Shown here: one piece after another, positions 24,070 through 38,700 of the stretch | Layout of the letters: every line of letters begins with the position of its first letter | How positions within the stretch are numbered: position 1 is the stretch's first letter | Origin: Phoronis australis | Taxonomy: Eukaryota > Animalia > Phoronida | Length of the DNA: 60,893 bases | Assembly: GCA_002633005.1 (NCBI GenBank) | Contig: NMRA01000061.1 | Location: 867,652 to 928,544 of the forward strand | Direction of reading: 5' to 3' | The notes under the pieces: generated by a model | Told to the model about the DNA's origin: nothing | Databases searched by the model: none | What the model saw: only the letters and a program-made list of their open reading frames with translations | Program-made: the position numbers and the translations under genes

Positions 24070-24287
24070 CTACACTTCATCCTCATTTGTGCGTCTTCCC
24101 TTATTGTTTAAGTCACCCACTTCGACCAAATTGTTCTCTTTACTTTCTGCGTCTATTTCTTTCTGCTGGGCACCTTCTAGTAACACCGGCTGCCTATTCT
24201 TCTTCTTCACCAAGACGCAAATGATGATAGAGGCAATCAGTGTGCCCAACAGAGTCCCAACAATTCCAAAGATGACGCCCATCTTGC
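24070..24287 (-). CDS. TM plus cytoplasmic tail exon of the LRP-like gene
   Basis: TTTGTAG acceptor, phase 1; GKMGVIFGIVGTLLGTLIASIIICVLV-KKKNR stop-transfer; tail ends EDEV*. Confidence 0.75.
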
Positions 24288-27200
24288 CTACAAATCCATG
24301 ACTGCTTGTAAATTTTACTTTAATCACAAAAAGTCGTTAAAATTGACAGAATACTGTTGAATGTCTTATACACATTTGTCACTATTCTTAAATGAATTGA
24401 GGATGCCTCAAACCTTATTCTTAAAACTTGGAATTTTAGAGTTGCCTAAACCTTACAAACTCTGAAGTGTTTTCTTGAATTGCTGATGGTCACAATGTTC
24501 TTGCTGATAATAGAATGCTACCCGCGCAGACATAATGTCAACGATTTCTTGAAGTAAAAGGCCTGATTCCAGTGTCCTTCAAGCCAACACGACCAGGTCT
24601 AAATGCAATTTTATGTTTATGAATAGGTAAAGTTACTGCTCTTGGAATGAGGGAATGTTTTGGCTGAGAAGGGATAAAGTCGGACACTTGCAATGAACTT
24701 GCAAAAGTACGAATTTAGTTAATTCATAGACTTCTAGAAGTTTTCCCCAAGAAAATTAAATCCCTAGCATTCGTATTTTCGACCGTAAAGCCGATAAAAA
24801 TCTCTTGGTGTTTTGAATATCGTTAGGCTAATTACAAAGACAGAACCTACCGTCGTCGAATGTGTCTTTTAGAGAACTGATGCTCTGTGTCACAGATCCG
24901 TCAGTGGAGCTTACATACACTGCAGCTGCGGCAGGGGTTGTAATCGAGCTTGACTTTGCGGCAACTACTAAGCGCCTGGTAGAGCTGGTGGGTAGACCTG
25001 TGTTAGTGAAAGTTTTATAAACGATTAGATGATGCTTAGAAGGCAACTGTCCACGTATGTGTTGATTTTTTTTATGCTATAGCAGCCACATCTACCAACT
25101 AGATTTACATGTTGCCCTAATTAACATAAACAAGAAACCAGTGAAACCCTGTTACTTGGTCTGGACTTGAATAGTTGCATAAAAAAAGTTTGTTAACTAA
25201 GGTAGTATTTTGTTAGTTTCTAGGATAAACACAATGCATCGACTTGTCAGTGGTTTTGCTAATACAAGTAAACTAGTCCATCACACTACAGAAAACTATC
25301 ACGGATTTTGGACAACCTTGACAGTTTACTTGAACATTCAACACAGGAAAATTCAAAATTCTTTAATTTAAGTGGAGATATTGTTGCGCCAAGCCTCGAA
25401 TTCGGTTTGTGATGTGACAGAAAGTTGTCGCTATTTTGGGCAGTGTTTAGAACATTCAAAGCAGGTTCCAGTCGAACATAAATGAGTATTTTGTAGTGGT
25501 AAGAGAAAAACTAGATGCTCATCTGAAGAAGGTGTTTTGTGACTCATCCGCTCGACTGGATGACAACCAAGGATCAACCGGAAGTGGCTTTTGAAATGGG
25601 GGAGATACAGCTATCTGAAGGGTAGGTAGTGGTTAGAAAGGCATGTACGAACTCAGCACCGAGTCCTTCAGGATTGTCCCACAACGTCTAAAAGCAGTGG
25701 CCACTCTTGTTGGTCATTCGAATGGAAAACTGTTCACATTCATTACAGTTTTACAATGGAATGACCAACAGGATTCTTGGCATCAGAGTTAAAGCACAAT
25801 GTAAAGACACACACAGTGCTGTTCTCTACCATTCATTGACAACTGGTCACACTATTGATTAGTCTGGTGTTCGGATCTTAGACAAGGATAATGCCACCTT
25901 CAGGCTCCTCATAAAGGAGGCTATGCATATATACAAAATTGGTTTTTGAGTTCCAACTGTTTTGATTTCTGGTCTCTCCCCTCACAATGCATTTTGAAGT
26001 CTACCTGTACAGTCCGTTCTCCACCTGTGTCGCCTGATTGAATAATGTGAACTTGTACATGTACCTGGAGAATGATTATAGTGAATAAACCGAAACGTCG
26101 GGTCAGTATGTCTTTGTTTAATTACGCGCTAATTTCGTGTTCATGTTTTGCATAATTACCAGCGCTAATTACACCCATAGTTGCGGGAATGAATTATTAT
26201 TCAATCGTTGGAACAGGTCTGTGACTTAGTATGCAATTGTCTGAAAATGGACTGGTATGTATACCGCATTGATGATTTGGACCATTTATTCCGATTAATT
26301 TCCCGGGACGGCAGCTTTTGCCTTTCGTCAGTGCTGGTCTCAGCCCGCGCACCAGGTCATCAGCTGCAAGTCCGAGTCCCGCAAACTAATTTCTGTCAAA
26401 AGAATTTTGCCACATTTTGTGAAATTTTTCAATAAAAATTGTCTCTGTTTTGGTTTTAGTTAGAGGCCGCTGTCGATTATTTTATATCCGATTGCAGGAA
26501 GGTAACAGACACTGCTGTAGTTGCACTGTCGGCGTTCTTAAAGTCCTTATCATAAATGCCAATGTGGCTCGTGTATCCGGAAATACTAATAAATAAAACC
26601 TTGTTTTCGATACCCTTCTGTTATATTCGTTTCGCCTTTTGTGCCACAAGAGTTTTTATACCTGTATTTGACCCTTCTCTGTGAGCAGATAATTACCGGC
26701 TGTCATCGGTTATTTCCGTACCTACATTTCCTGCTCGTCAGTTCGGGAACTTGTCCTGAATGCCGCCATTTTTTTCTTGTAATTGAATATGCTATAGCTT
26801 GCTCGAAAAGTCTTCATTATTTTGATTTATTAGTAATATCTCGTGATTAGCTTGTTTATGTGTCGTTTTATAGTTCGCAGTTAACTTTTTTTCTGAAATG
26901 CAACGCGTACTTATATTCATTATGTTAAAATAGCATTGGTGTATAGCTGCTGTTATGTAGGGCGGTCGAACCTACGAACCAATATGAGTCGAATCAATTT
27001 TTTTTGTTTTGAATTTTTTTGTTTTGAAAAAAATACTATGCTATCATTGGAAAGATAATGCATCATACTCAGTAAAAATCGAAAAAGTATCAAAATCGGG
27101 GCAAGCAGTGCAAAGTTATTGCAATTTTTGTGGCGAAACTTGGGTCACTTTGTTTGAATCGGGTCGGCCATCTTGGACGACAGCGGGATAAGTTAATAGT

Positions 27201-30200
27201 TTAAATCTGTGTAAATTGTTTTCGCCAACAATTTACATGTACGGTGCAATTTGGTGAGACATATCGTTACTTACTAATCTGCACGATTCAACAGTTTTCA
27301 CCAAATTTCAGCCTCGCAGTTGTTACTTATTAAGTGACAAATGCGCTCACAATTCCCGTTGGACTTCGTCTCATTTCTGGCGGCACCGACAACATGGGGA
27401 CTTTTGCTGAACTGAAAGGCATGTTCAAGCGGTTACTTTGTAATTTGTGAAGTTTTAACGCTGATACATTTTGGCAAACGTTGCTACAAAAAAGGAACTT
27501 TGTTCAATTGTCATGTTTTGTGCGAAATATATAAGGTATATTCGAATTATTTTACTGTGAATTTCCCATTCAGGTGATCATACACTAAGCTAACAAAATA
27601 GTTGAAATAATTTTGAAGTGTTTTTTGACTGCCAACTGCTGCTGAAGGCTTGATTAGGTGTTACAAAAGGATTCGTATTTTTCTAAATGTTAAGTCTAAA
27701 TTGCTTTGAAGTCATGTTCTGTAACATGTTGCTTCAATTCAACAATATGAAGAATCTTAATTAGAAAAATAGGCTATCTTGGATTTTTAAGTTTCAGGCC
27801 TTCAATACTTGTTCCTTGCAACTCCATATTTTTTAAATCATGCTTGTCAAATGCTGGTGTAGGAAACACTATTCGGTCACCATGGTAATAGTTACATGCA
27901 TGTCCACTTTCACATCATAAAAACTTGTGCTGTTGGATAGTGTTTGTAATGCTTAAATGTTATGAATCGCTGTGCGTTCTAAGTACCTTACTCATTATGG
28001 AAAAAGGTTGAATCATTTTGGCTTACATAGCGTTCCTATACTCAGATTATTTCATTTCAGTTTTGATTTGACTAATGTACAGTAGANTCATCTGAAGAAG
28101 ATATGTTTTGTGACTCATCCGCCCGACTGGATGACAACCAAGGATCAACCGGAAGTGGCTTTTGAAATGGGGGAGATACAGCTATCTGAAGGGCAGGCAG
28201 TGGTTAGAAAGGTATGTACGAACTCAGCACCGAGTCCTTCAGGATTGCCCCACAACGTTTAAAAGCTGTGCCCACTCTTGTTGGTCATTCATTACAGTTT
28301 TACAATGGAATGACCAACAGGATTCTTGGCATCAGAGTTAAAGCACACTGAAAAGACACACACAGTGCTGTTCTCTACCATTCATTGACAACTGGTCACA
28401 CTATTGATTAGTCTGGTGTTCGGATCTTAGACAAGGATAATGCCACCTTCAGGCTCCTCATAAAGGAGGCTATGCATATACAAAATTGGTTTTTGAGTTC
28501 CAACTGTTTTGATTTCCGGTCTCTCCCCTCACAATGCATTTTGAAGTCTAGCTGTACAGTCCGTTCTCCACCTGTGTCGCCTGATTGAATAATGTGAACT
28601 TGTACATGTACCTGGAGAATGATTATAGTGAATAAACCGAAACGTCGGGTCAGTATGTCTTTGTTTACTTACGCGCTAATTTTAAAGTTCGTGTTCATGT
28701 TTTGCATAATTACCAGCGCTAATTACACCCAATAAAACACGATTAGCCTATTCGCCATAGTTGCGGGAATTATTATTCAATCGTTGGAACAGGTCTGTGA
28801 CTTAGTATGCAATTGTCTGAAAATGGCCTGGTATGTATACCGCATTGATGGTTTGGACCACTTATTCCGATTAAATATCCGGGACGGCAGTTTTTGCCTT
28901 TCGTCAGTGCTGGTCTCAGTCCGCGCACCGGGTCATCAGCTGCAAGTCCGAGTCCCGCAAACTAATTTCTGTCAAAAGAATTTTGCCACATTTTGTGAAA
29001 ATTTTCAATAAAAATTATCTCTGTTTTGGTTGTGGTTAGAGTCCGCTGTCGATTATTTTATACCCGATTGCAGGAAGGTAACAGACACTGCTGTAGTTGC
29101 ACTGTCGGCGTTCTTAAAGTCCTTATCATAAATGCCAATGTGGCTCCTGTATCCGGAAATACTAATAAATAAAACCTTGTTTTCGATACCCTTCTGTTAT
29201 ATTCGTTTCCCCTTTTGTGCCACAAGAGTTTTTATACCTGTATTTGACCCTTCTCTGTGAGCAGATAATTACCGGCTGTCATCGGTTATTTCCGTACCTA
29301 CATTTCCTGCTCGTCAGTTCGGGAACTTGTCCTGAATGCCGCCATTTTTTTCTTGTAATTGAATATGCTATAGCTTGCTCGAAAAGTCTTCATTATTTTG
29401 ATTTATTAGTAATATCTCGTGATTAGCTTGTTTATGTGTCGTTTTATAGTTCGCAGTTAACTTTTTTTCTGAAATGCAACGCGTACTTATATTCATTATG
29501 TTAAAATAGCATTGGTGTATAGCTGCTGTTATGTAGGGCGGTCGAACCTACGAACCAATATGAGTCGAATCAATTTTTTTTGTTTTGAATTTTTTTGTTT
29601 TGAAAAAAATACTATGCTATCATTGGAAAGATAATGCATCATACTCAGTAAAAATCGAAAAAGTATCAAAATCGGGGCAAGCAGTGCAAAGTTATTGCAA
29701 TTTTTGTGGCGAAACTTGGGTCACTTTGTTTGAATCGGGTCGGCCATCTTGGACGACAGCGGGATAAGTTAATAGTTTAAATCTGTGTAAATTGTTTTCG
29801 CCAACAATTTACATGTACGGTGCAATTTGGTGAGACATATCGTTACTTACTAATCTGCACGATTCAACAGTTTTCACCAAATTTCAGCCTCGCAGTTGTT
29901 ACTTATTAAGTGACAAATGCGCTCACAATTCCCGTTGGACTTCGTCTCATTTCTGGCGGCACCGACAACATGGGGACTTTTGCTGAACTGAAAGGCATGT
30001 TCAAGCGGTTACTTTGTAATTTGTGAAGTTTTAACGCTGATACATTTTGGCAAACGTTGCTACAAAAAAGGAACTTTGTTCAATTGTCATGTTTTGTGCG
30101 AAATATATAAGGTATATTCGAATTATTTTACTGTGAATTTCCCATTCAGGTGATCATACACTAAGCTAACAAAATAGTTGAAATAATTTTGAAGTGTTTT

Positions 30201-33200
30201 TTGACTGCCAACTGCTGCTGAAGGCTTGATTAGGTGTTACAAAAGGATTCGTATTTTTCTAAATGTTAAGTCTAAATTGCTTTGAAGTCATGTTCTGTAA
30301 CATGTTGCTTCAATTCAACAATATGAAGAATCTTAATTAGAAAAATAGGCTATCTTGGATTTTTAAGTTTCAGGCCTTCAATACTTGTTCCTTGCAACTC
30401 CATATTTTTTAAATCATGCTTGTCAAATGCTGGTGTAGGAAACACTATTCGGTCACCATGGTAATAGTTACATGCATGTCCACTTTCACATCATAAAAAC
30501 TTGTGCTGTTGGATAGTGTTTGTAATGCTTAAATGTTATGAATCGCTGTGCGTTCTAAGTACCTTACTCATTATGGAAAAAGGTTGAATCATTTTGGCTT
30601 ACATAGCGTTCCTATACTCAGATTATTTCATTTCAGTTTTGATTTGACTAATGTACAGTAGATATAAATGTCAACTACCTTGAAAGTTTTTAAGTAGTAA
30701 TAAATACAATTAATACAAATTAATGCTTATGGAGACTCTGTGAAGGATCTGAAATCAACTATAAAGCTCCGACTGAAAGCACTTGATTTTGATTTGAACT
30801 CTGGAATATCTAAATAATTAAATCATAATCGTTCTCTGATTTGTCCTTTCGTTTCAATGGTTGAGTGACCAAAGCATGATATAATTAGCTTGCCATAAAT
30901 AATATGTTCACTAGCATCTTAAGGCAACATTTCTTGATGCCTTGGGTTTACTATTATTTCAATAGACAATACATTAATTTTAAAAAAATCATACAGTTGA
31001 AAACCAAATTCACTGGAAGTTTTTCATTTTATGGGTTCTTGCATTGATATTGCTCAACTCAAATTACAATTATCAATGTGGTTCAGTTGTAAGGTCACTT
31101 CCTTCTAGGCAGCCAGCAGAGGCGATGGAACTCCTATAAGGGCTCCATACGCCGGAAGCTCTTCGGCGAATTATGCATCGCACTGACTAAAACATCCACA
31201 GTCACGTTGTTCTAAACACCTTCGTTCATAGAGGGACACCTTAGGAGGTTATCGATGTCTTTAATTCTTTCCAACTCGAACAAATACTCCCGTTATTAAA
31301 CTTTTTCTCCGAGCAGTTCCTTATTCTGTTCCCAAAATCGCGAACTCACCATCTTTACACTGCCCACGTTCCAATTTTTACCGCGCCTGCTAGGTGATTT
31401 GACGTCATGACCTCAATCTTTTAAATAGACCGAAGGTGAGAAATTGCGGTCTTGTCAATCAAATGTTTGTTTCCAAAATGCCACGGCAATGTCTTAGGCC
31501 GACATTACTTGACTGTAATTGGCATTACTTGAAACTGATTGTATTTAATGAATTAGTGTTTATATTTGATAAAAATAAATGCTGTTGATATGACATTTAA
31601 TCGTCTTTGTGCATTTTAATGTTTAAAAGTTTTTTAAGTTAGGGTTCGGATGATTCGTTTCTGAAGTTCATTTGCACCAGGTATCGGACAAATTTCTAGT
31701 TTTATAGATTTTATTCTTATCTATTATTACTAAATGTGTCTGTTCAGTGTTTTGCTCAAAACATGATCTATCTGCCAGTTGATAAATTTAAGTATGATCT
31801 CGCACGAAATCAACTCAACCATTTCATAGAGTGGTCTGTAACTACGAAGTCTGTCACGGTTCTTGCAGACCAACGATAACACGTGATACTGGCTTACAAA
31901 TTAAGATAAATATACAAGTTCAAACAATTCAGTTCAGTAGTAACATGGACGGTGAGAGACGTTGCATGAATTGCAACAAACCTTTCAAAAAGCCAAAAGG
32001 CCTCATAAAGACATTGAAATACGGAGGCGTAACCGTAGAGACGGCGTTGCGCGAAACTTACGTTTATTTGCATCCCCCGCTAAAGACAAAAAGTCGGTTT
32101 GTGAGAAAGCGCTGTGTTATACTTGTTCTTCTTGTCTCGGGGGAAATGTTCAAGCTCAAATAAAGCTTAAAGAGCAAAAGGAGATTTCGACATCCAGACT
32201 TCGGAACAAAACGTATCTCTATGAAAAGACAGAGGACTATAGAATGGAAGAAACAGCAAAGTTGTTGTTTTCTTTAAGCTTCATTACAAGTTTCGTGTTA
32301 AATTACAGTCCACTACACGAGTTCCAGTTGTGGTATTTGGCCTGCCGCGAATGAGAATGAGATCGTGATACCGAGTTTAGGTGAATAAACGCAAAATGTG
32401 GTATACTTTTATTGAAATGGGTCCCAAATTTCTGTGAATGGCAAAATGACAAACAAGCTGTTTCGCCATTTGTGAATGGCATTCGCGACATAAATATATA
32501 AGGTAAGCATCATGGACAAACCCAGGGGAGCTCGAAGGAGATCGCCCATTTGGCAAAGTGGACAAAAAGGTCCGCCTTTGAGAAACAAGAAGTTCGTGAA
32601 AACCGTGACAAAAGTCCCCCAGAAAGACGCAAACACAATTCAGATCTCTGAACGTGGTACCCCGTCTATTAAGTCCTCCCGATTTTTTGTCAGTAAAAGG
32701 TCCACATCGTCAAAAAGTCGAGTCTCCCTTGTTAAAGCCATCAACATTGAGCTCAAAATTAAAGTTATATGTCCAAATTCGTAACTTATCTTTCAATGTC
32801 TTCTGCGCAGTGCCACTTGCCTATTCTAAATGCCATCTAGTAATTTCAAATAACAACACCCACGGAAATAACGCGAGTGTATGCAAAAGTTGCAAGGAGA
32901 GATTTAGAAAATCGCAATGTACAAGTTGCCGTAAGGGGGGCTTTCTCCAACTAAGAAGGGCAAGGATACAATGCTCCAAACAAGCAAGAAGTAAAGGCCT
33001 TGCGAAAAGAAGCAACCATTGCAAATGAAGGCCTTGAATCAATGACCAACTTCACTTATGAACAGTTGTGTTTACACCTCGAAATTGCCGCCTGCACAAT
33101 GTTACAAATATTCGGGACTGTCATCTAGAAAGCTTGAATCTTGGTCACTGGTGCCACCCCTGTTTTCTTTATGCTGCCTTCTGTACAATCGGGAAAATCG

Positions 33201-35695
33201 TAGATCATTTAAGCTTTTGTCGACATGGACCTGCCTAGAGCTGTTCATGCGTGGGCACAGAAATGTGGTGAGTAAACAAAAATTCTCCAGTGTGATATTG
33301 TTTTCAATTTGTTCTGTAGAATTATCGAAAAAATGTTTTTCGCATACAAGATCAGTTGAGTATACCGGCGAACACCTCACTTTTCTTTTGCCCCTGGGAA
33401 AAAGGACGCACTCTCTTTCAAGACAAAAATGCCCCTTCTTGAGGTAGATCGCTCAATGAGGAAATCTTAGTTGTGAAAAAATAAACCATTCCCATGTCAA
33501 CACTTATTTCAAAATTATGGCGAGACAAAGCCAATGTCGTTAACTTTGACATCTGTTCGTCGCCATTTTCGCCTCGCGTTGAAAACGGCTAATCCCACCG
33601 ATTGTTGAAAATTCGCTCCCGACTTAGCAGACGATGATCGCGTACCCGCGATTTAGTAGTAAATTGCCTGCGAAGACTCAGTCGAATATTGAATGCTTGC
33701 TCTTCTAGGCAACAAACGCAGAACCACCAATAGATACAGGGTTAACGCAAAATCCGTGGCCCTTTTGTATAGTCCCTTATATTAAAAATTAGCCCTTTTC
33801 ATTTTGCTAAACACTCACGGACGAACACATATCATAATACATGATACTATGCAAACCATGCTTCCGGTAGGAATAAAATTCATGAAAGCTACTTAGATCA
33901 CACGAATATTGGCGAGGCTGCGGTGTACATAAGGTAAGAAACCAAAGTGACTTTACACGCGTTACTACGTCTGTGGAAAATCTGATTTAGTGTTTGATAG
34001 TCACTTGATAGTGTTTCTAATTCAGAAATTCAGCTATGTATTGCATCACTGTTTCGTGCCCCACAAACTGTACACATTGGCGGATTTGAGGTTACGTTAG
34101 TGCAACCGCGATTCTCTACGTACAGTATGCCAACATTGTTTAATCTGCCTTTGGATAAATAGCGTTCATATAACCTATGTACTGAACGGAGACCGCTCTT
34201 AATTAACGGATAACAAAACCAGTAATGTCACCCCGAAATTTGTCTAGTCTTCGGTAAAATTAATTGTTCTTTTATGGGCGGCGCAGCACTGAAAAGGTGA
34301 GAGGCTATAGCCCCCTTCAGCCCCCTATGGTGCGCCGCCCACGTCTTAGATCACGGCAAATGTACGGGTGGTTCCTTGCAGCATGCAGTGGGCGGTTACT
34401 TCAAAGTTTGCAGGTAGGACCGCAACTACTGACCTTCAGCCTGGTTATAAGAATAGGATCATGTGTCTTAGCGTGCGCCTATTGAAAATGGTGAGTGCAC
34501 GATTTTGGGAACTGAACGAGGGACTGCTCGAAGAAACATTTGATAACGGGAGTTGTGAATGAAGTTAGCTCTGCCTACTGCGCATTGTGCTATGAGTTCT
34601 GTGAACACTATTTTTTATGAATGACGGAGTGCGCTGAGGTCGCTGAGACCGAGCCCGGGTTATATGGCATGTTCAGTCACTCTTGCGAATATTGTCACAC
34701 TGGTCAGATGTGTTCTAGTCACTGCGCGAGTTTCAAGACATCATTAAGGTAACATTCACTGTCATTTGCCGTTTTGCTTGCAATTTATCTTTAATGCGTT
34801 CTACTTTGCGAATTATGTGTCCGCGAACTGTTACTAAATATTTTGCGTCTACCAGTTCCACGCACCAACAGACAGACACACATATCATTTGTAATGCGTT
34901 GAGAAATAAAGCGTCCCGTGTAACATGTTGTTTGACTCGCATGCAGCTACAGCAGTGTTTGTTCGAGTTGGAAAGAATTAAACACATTGACAACCTTCTA
35001 AAGTACCCATCTATGCGCAAACGGTATTTATAACAACGTGACTTTGATGCTTTAGTCTGTGCGAGGCATAATTTGCCGAAACATTTCGGTGGTATGGAGC
35101 CCCTATAGGAGCTTCATCGTCTCTATTCTGGATAGAGACGATGGTCATTGTCTAACTTCGTTCGTACTCACTACTTAATAAATAAAAAAGTGATAACAAT
35201 TAGTATTGGATTTGTCATACTTGTGTACTCTAACGAGCTCCCTATTTGGAGAAATGGAAAAAGGTTTGCCTCAGTCAGAGAAGCTAAAATTCCGAAAAAA
35301 GTAGAAAACGAGACAAAAGTCCACTAAAAGGTAGGAAATACCAAAATTTGGCATCTGCAATTCATAGCTCTGAACGTACGCAGTGAATCTTATGTTAAAG
35401 GGTACACATTCTCAAAATTTCGATCCCTTTTTAGGGTTGGTGCACTTATGCAAAGTCTGGGCAAATCTCTCTTGAAAGCCTTAGTCGTTCGTTATCCCCT
35501 TATCTAGAGCCCTCGAGGATTTTGTAAAATTATCACCCTCGGGCTAACGCCCCTCGGGCGATAATTCTCCAAAATCTACTCGGGCTCTAGATAACGGGGG
35601 ATAACGACTTCGCCATGTAATAATCTATAAACATATACATGTACATGTACATATACATATACATATACATTATGTACATATACATACACATACAA

Positions 35696-35780
<85 letters not shown>

Positions 35781-38700
35781 CAACTACATAACAACATATG
35801 ATGCATTACCTATGACACATTTCCTATACTAGGAATCGCGTGACATAATACCAATTAAACTACTGAACTCATAAACAATAACAACATACAAACATCCTGT
35901 TATTGTGTGACTAAGTACACAACACTAACCATCTGTATTTTGATAGTCTTCATACTGCTAACACAGGGGCGGCGCACCATAAGGGGCCGGGGGAGCTATA
36001 GCTGGCACAGAGGCTAGCTTACCTGTCGCGGCAGTGTGACACAGGACTAATTTTATGCAAGTGTCTGAAACTACCTTTGTATGTATAGGGCATCTATCAT
36101 TTGAACCTTTACTTCGGCAAAACAGCTTGCAACCGCATGCCTTTACCGTTCGCCAGTGTCTGGTCTCGATCCGCACCGGGTCCGATCGGATGTGGACCCG
36201 AGTCCGCCAAAATATTTTCTGTCAAAATTTATTCGCCACATTTCGCAAGCAATTTCGATAAAATTGTCCGTATTTTGATTTTATTAACGTTAAGGTGAGC
36301 TGTCGACTATTTTATTCCCGTTTGCAGGCTGGTAACAGACACTGCTTTAGTAGCACACACGACGGAAACTAAGCCACTGAATGAAACACTTCCGGGTTCG
36401 CTGTAAGTTCAAAATGGCGGCGTGTTCTTCGGGTTCGAATCGTGACTGGCGCGTTTACTTAAACTTTATTCGATTACGGAGTGTGTATTACCTGTAGTTA
36501 TGGGGTAGGTACTTCTTGGTTCCTTATAACATCATCTAAGCATGTAATAAGGGTTAACAACGTGTGCTTCTTGGACTTTAAGCCTGGGTTCCTGGATGAA
36601 TTGTACTTCCGATTTCGCGGTTAGTTCAAAATGCCGAAGAGTGTTCTTCGGGTCAGAATCATGCCGAATGGCGCGTTTATTCAAGCTTTCTTCAACTACG
36701 AATTATATATTGGTTATGGGATAGTACTGCTTGGATCTTTATAATTTCTTAACTTTTTAATAAGGGTTAAAAACGTGTGAGCTACTGGGACTTTAACAAT
36801 ATTAGTGATAATTAAGTTAATAACGCAAGTCACAGCATAGCGTTTTAGCCAATCAGGTGACAGGTTCACCAGGGTCTATTTGTTAATAATGGCAACTGTG
36901 AATCTGAACTTTCACTCGATTATTCTCATTACATAAACACGTAAGTTGCGAACAATTGAGCTCTTAAATGTTGACATAATTAAGTAAATGCCCTTACTTG
37001 GCATATACACTGAGCAGATACATACAAAAAATTGATAATGCACTTACCGTTTCCTAAGTTTTAAGGATATTATAATCACAAAACAGTGAATCTTCAGTGA
37101 TTTTCATAATATGTATATAATGTTATTTAGAAAGAGTCCGACAGGAATCTTTACCAAGCAGCAAAAATCCTCAATATGAGAATTGTCCGGTCGTAAAACA
37201 TTCATAATCCCTTGATGTTTTGAATTTCTTAAGGATAATTACAAAGAAACGCATGGACGGCTTGATTTCGATCAGAACAAAACCTACCGTTAGTGTATGA
37301 TGTTTTTGTCGAACTGATACTTTGTGTTGTAGATCTTGAAATGGAGCTTGCAGGTATTGGAGTTTCTGAAGGACCTGTTGTCGAGCCTGAATTCGACACC
37401 ACTTCTGAGCGCTTGGTGACGCTAGTAGAGAGACCTACTCCAGAGCAAATTTTGGAAAATATTAAGGGGTGTTTGCATTGGCTGATTTATAGTTGCGTTA
37501 AGTCACAGTGACGTCATATTTATTGATTTTTTGTTGATAGGATGAGTCATAGTGTCATCATATTTATTATATTTTTTTATTTTTATGTGCTGGTGACGTC
37601 ATATCTCTGTTGTGTCATTTCCCGTTCATTCAAAATAAGCACAATATTCTTTTACTAACTTGTTCTTTTTAAACACAACTTGTCCTAGTTGGTAGGGTCG
37701 AGCGTGAAAATGACGGAATCAGTTGGTATTATATCGCTTCCGCAGCAGCATACTACTCAACAACGAGAACCAAATCAAAGGACTACAGAAAGATTGACGA
37801 CTAGACTGATGGAGGAGTTCGCTCCTACATCAGTTAGTTCTCCATAATTTGCACCACTTGACTGTTCTATGGAATTGAGCAAAGTACTATTGGTATTGTT
37901 TCAATACTTGCTGGTGTTGGGAAATCTGACTTCAATTGCTGATCCTCGAGATGACACCATGAGAACAAAGTTGATTTCCGATAAATATCGAGACTGTTGT
38001 CAAACCTCTATTCACGATAGATGGCGCTAATTTGTCAGCTGCAAAATTGTATAAATAGCCATCCAAATCAAAGATACAGTTAATGTAGCCAAAGAAAAAG
38101 TCTGGGATAAAATCAAGAAGCTGTGTTTAAAGTTACTAAACAACACACCGGTGCCGATCATTCAAGGGAGTCACATGAGCCTACTACACCTCATTCTCGG
38201 AATCGTAAAAAGAATTTTTCCAAAAAGGCCTTTGTCCTCGTTGAGAAAAGAAAGATCATTTTCTCTGATAGTCGCTTGAAATCAGCCGAATGTCATTTCT
38301 GCCACAAGAAGGGACACATATAATTCGTATGTTTACGTACAAGGAGAAAAGTCAGACATTTTGCAAGGAATAGGTAAGGGCCACACAACTTACGAAGATC
38401 AGTGAGATTTAAAAGGAAGCAGCCTTCAGGTGCTTAACTGGAAGGGGAGGGTTGCAATAAGCCATAGTGACGTCATGTTTCTATGACGTAGTTTTCTGTT
38501 CATTCCAAATCAACATAGTTTCACCAACTTGTCCCACTTTTAAATCTACCTATTATTTTTAAGTATTGTTATAATTATCATATTGCAATTAGTAAACACG
38601 ATTACTTGATTGTATATACGATGAACATTCACGTAAAAAAGATTCAAAGTATGTGTTTCATAAGTTTAAAGCATAACTACAAAGTAACGAACATACAGTA

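Noticed and set aside
35576-35806. 76-aa VC/VY-repeat ORF
   Set aside because: Translation of a microsatellite.
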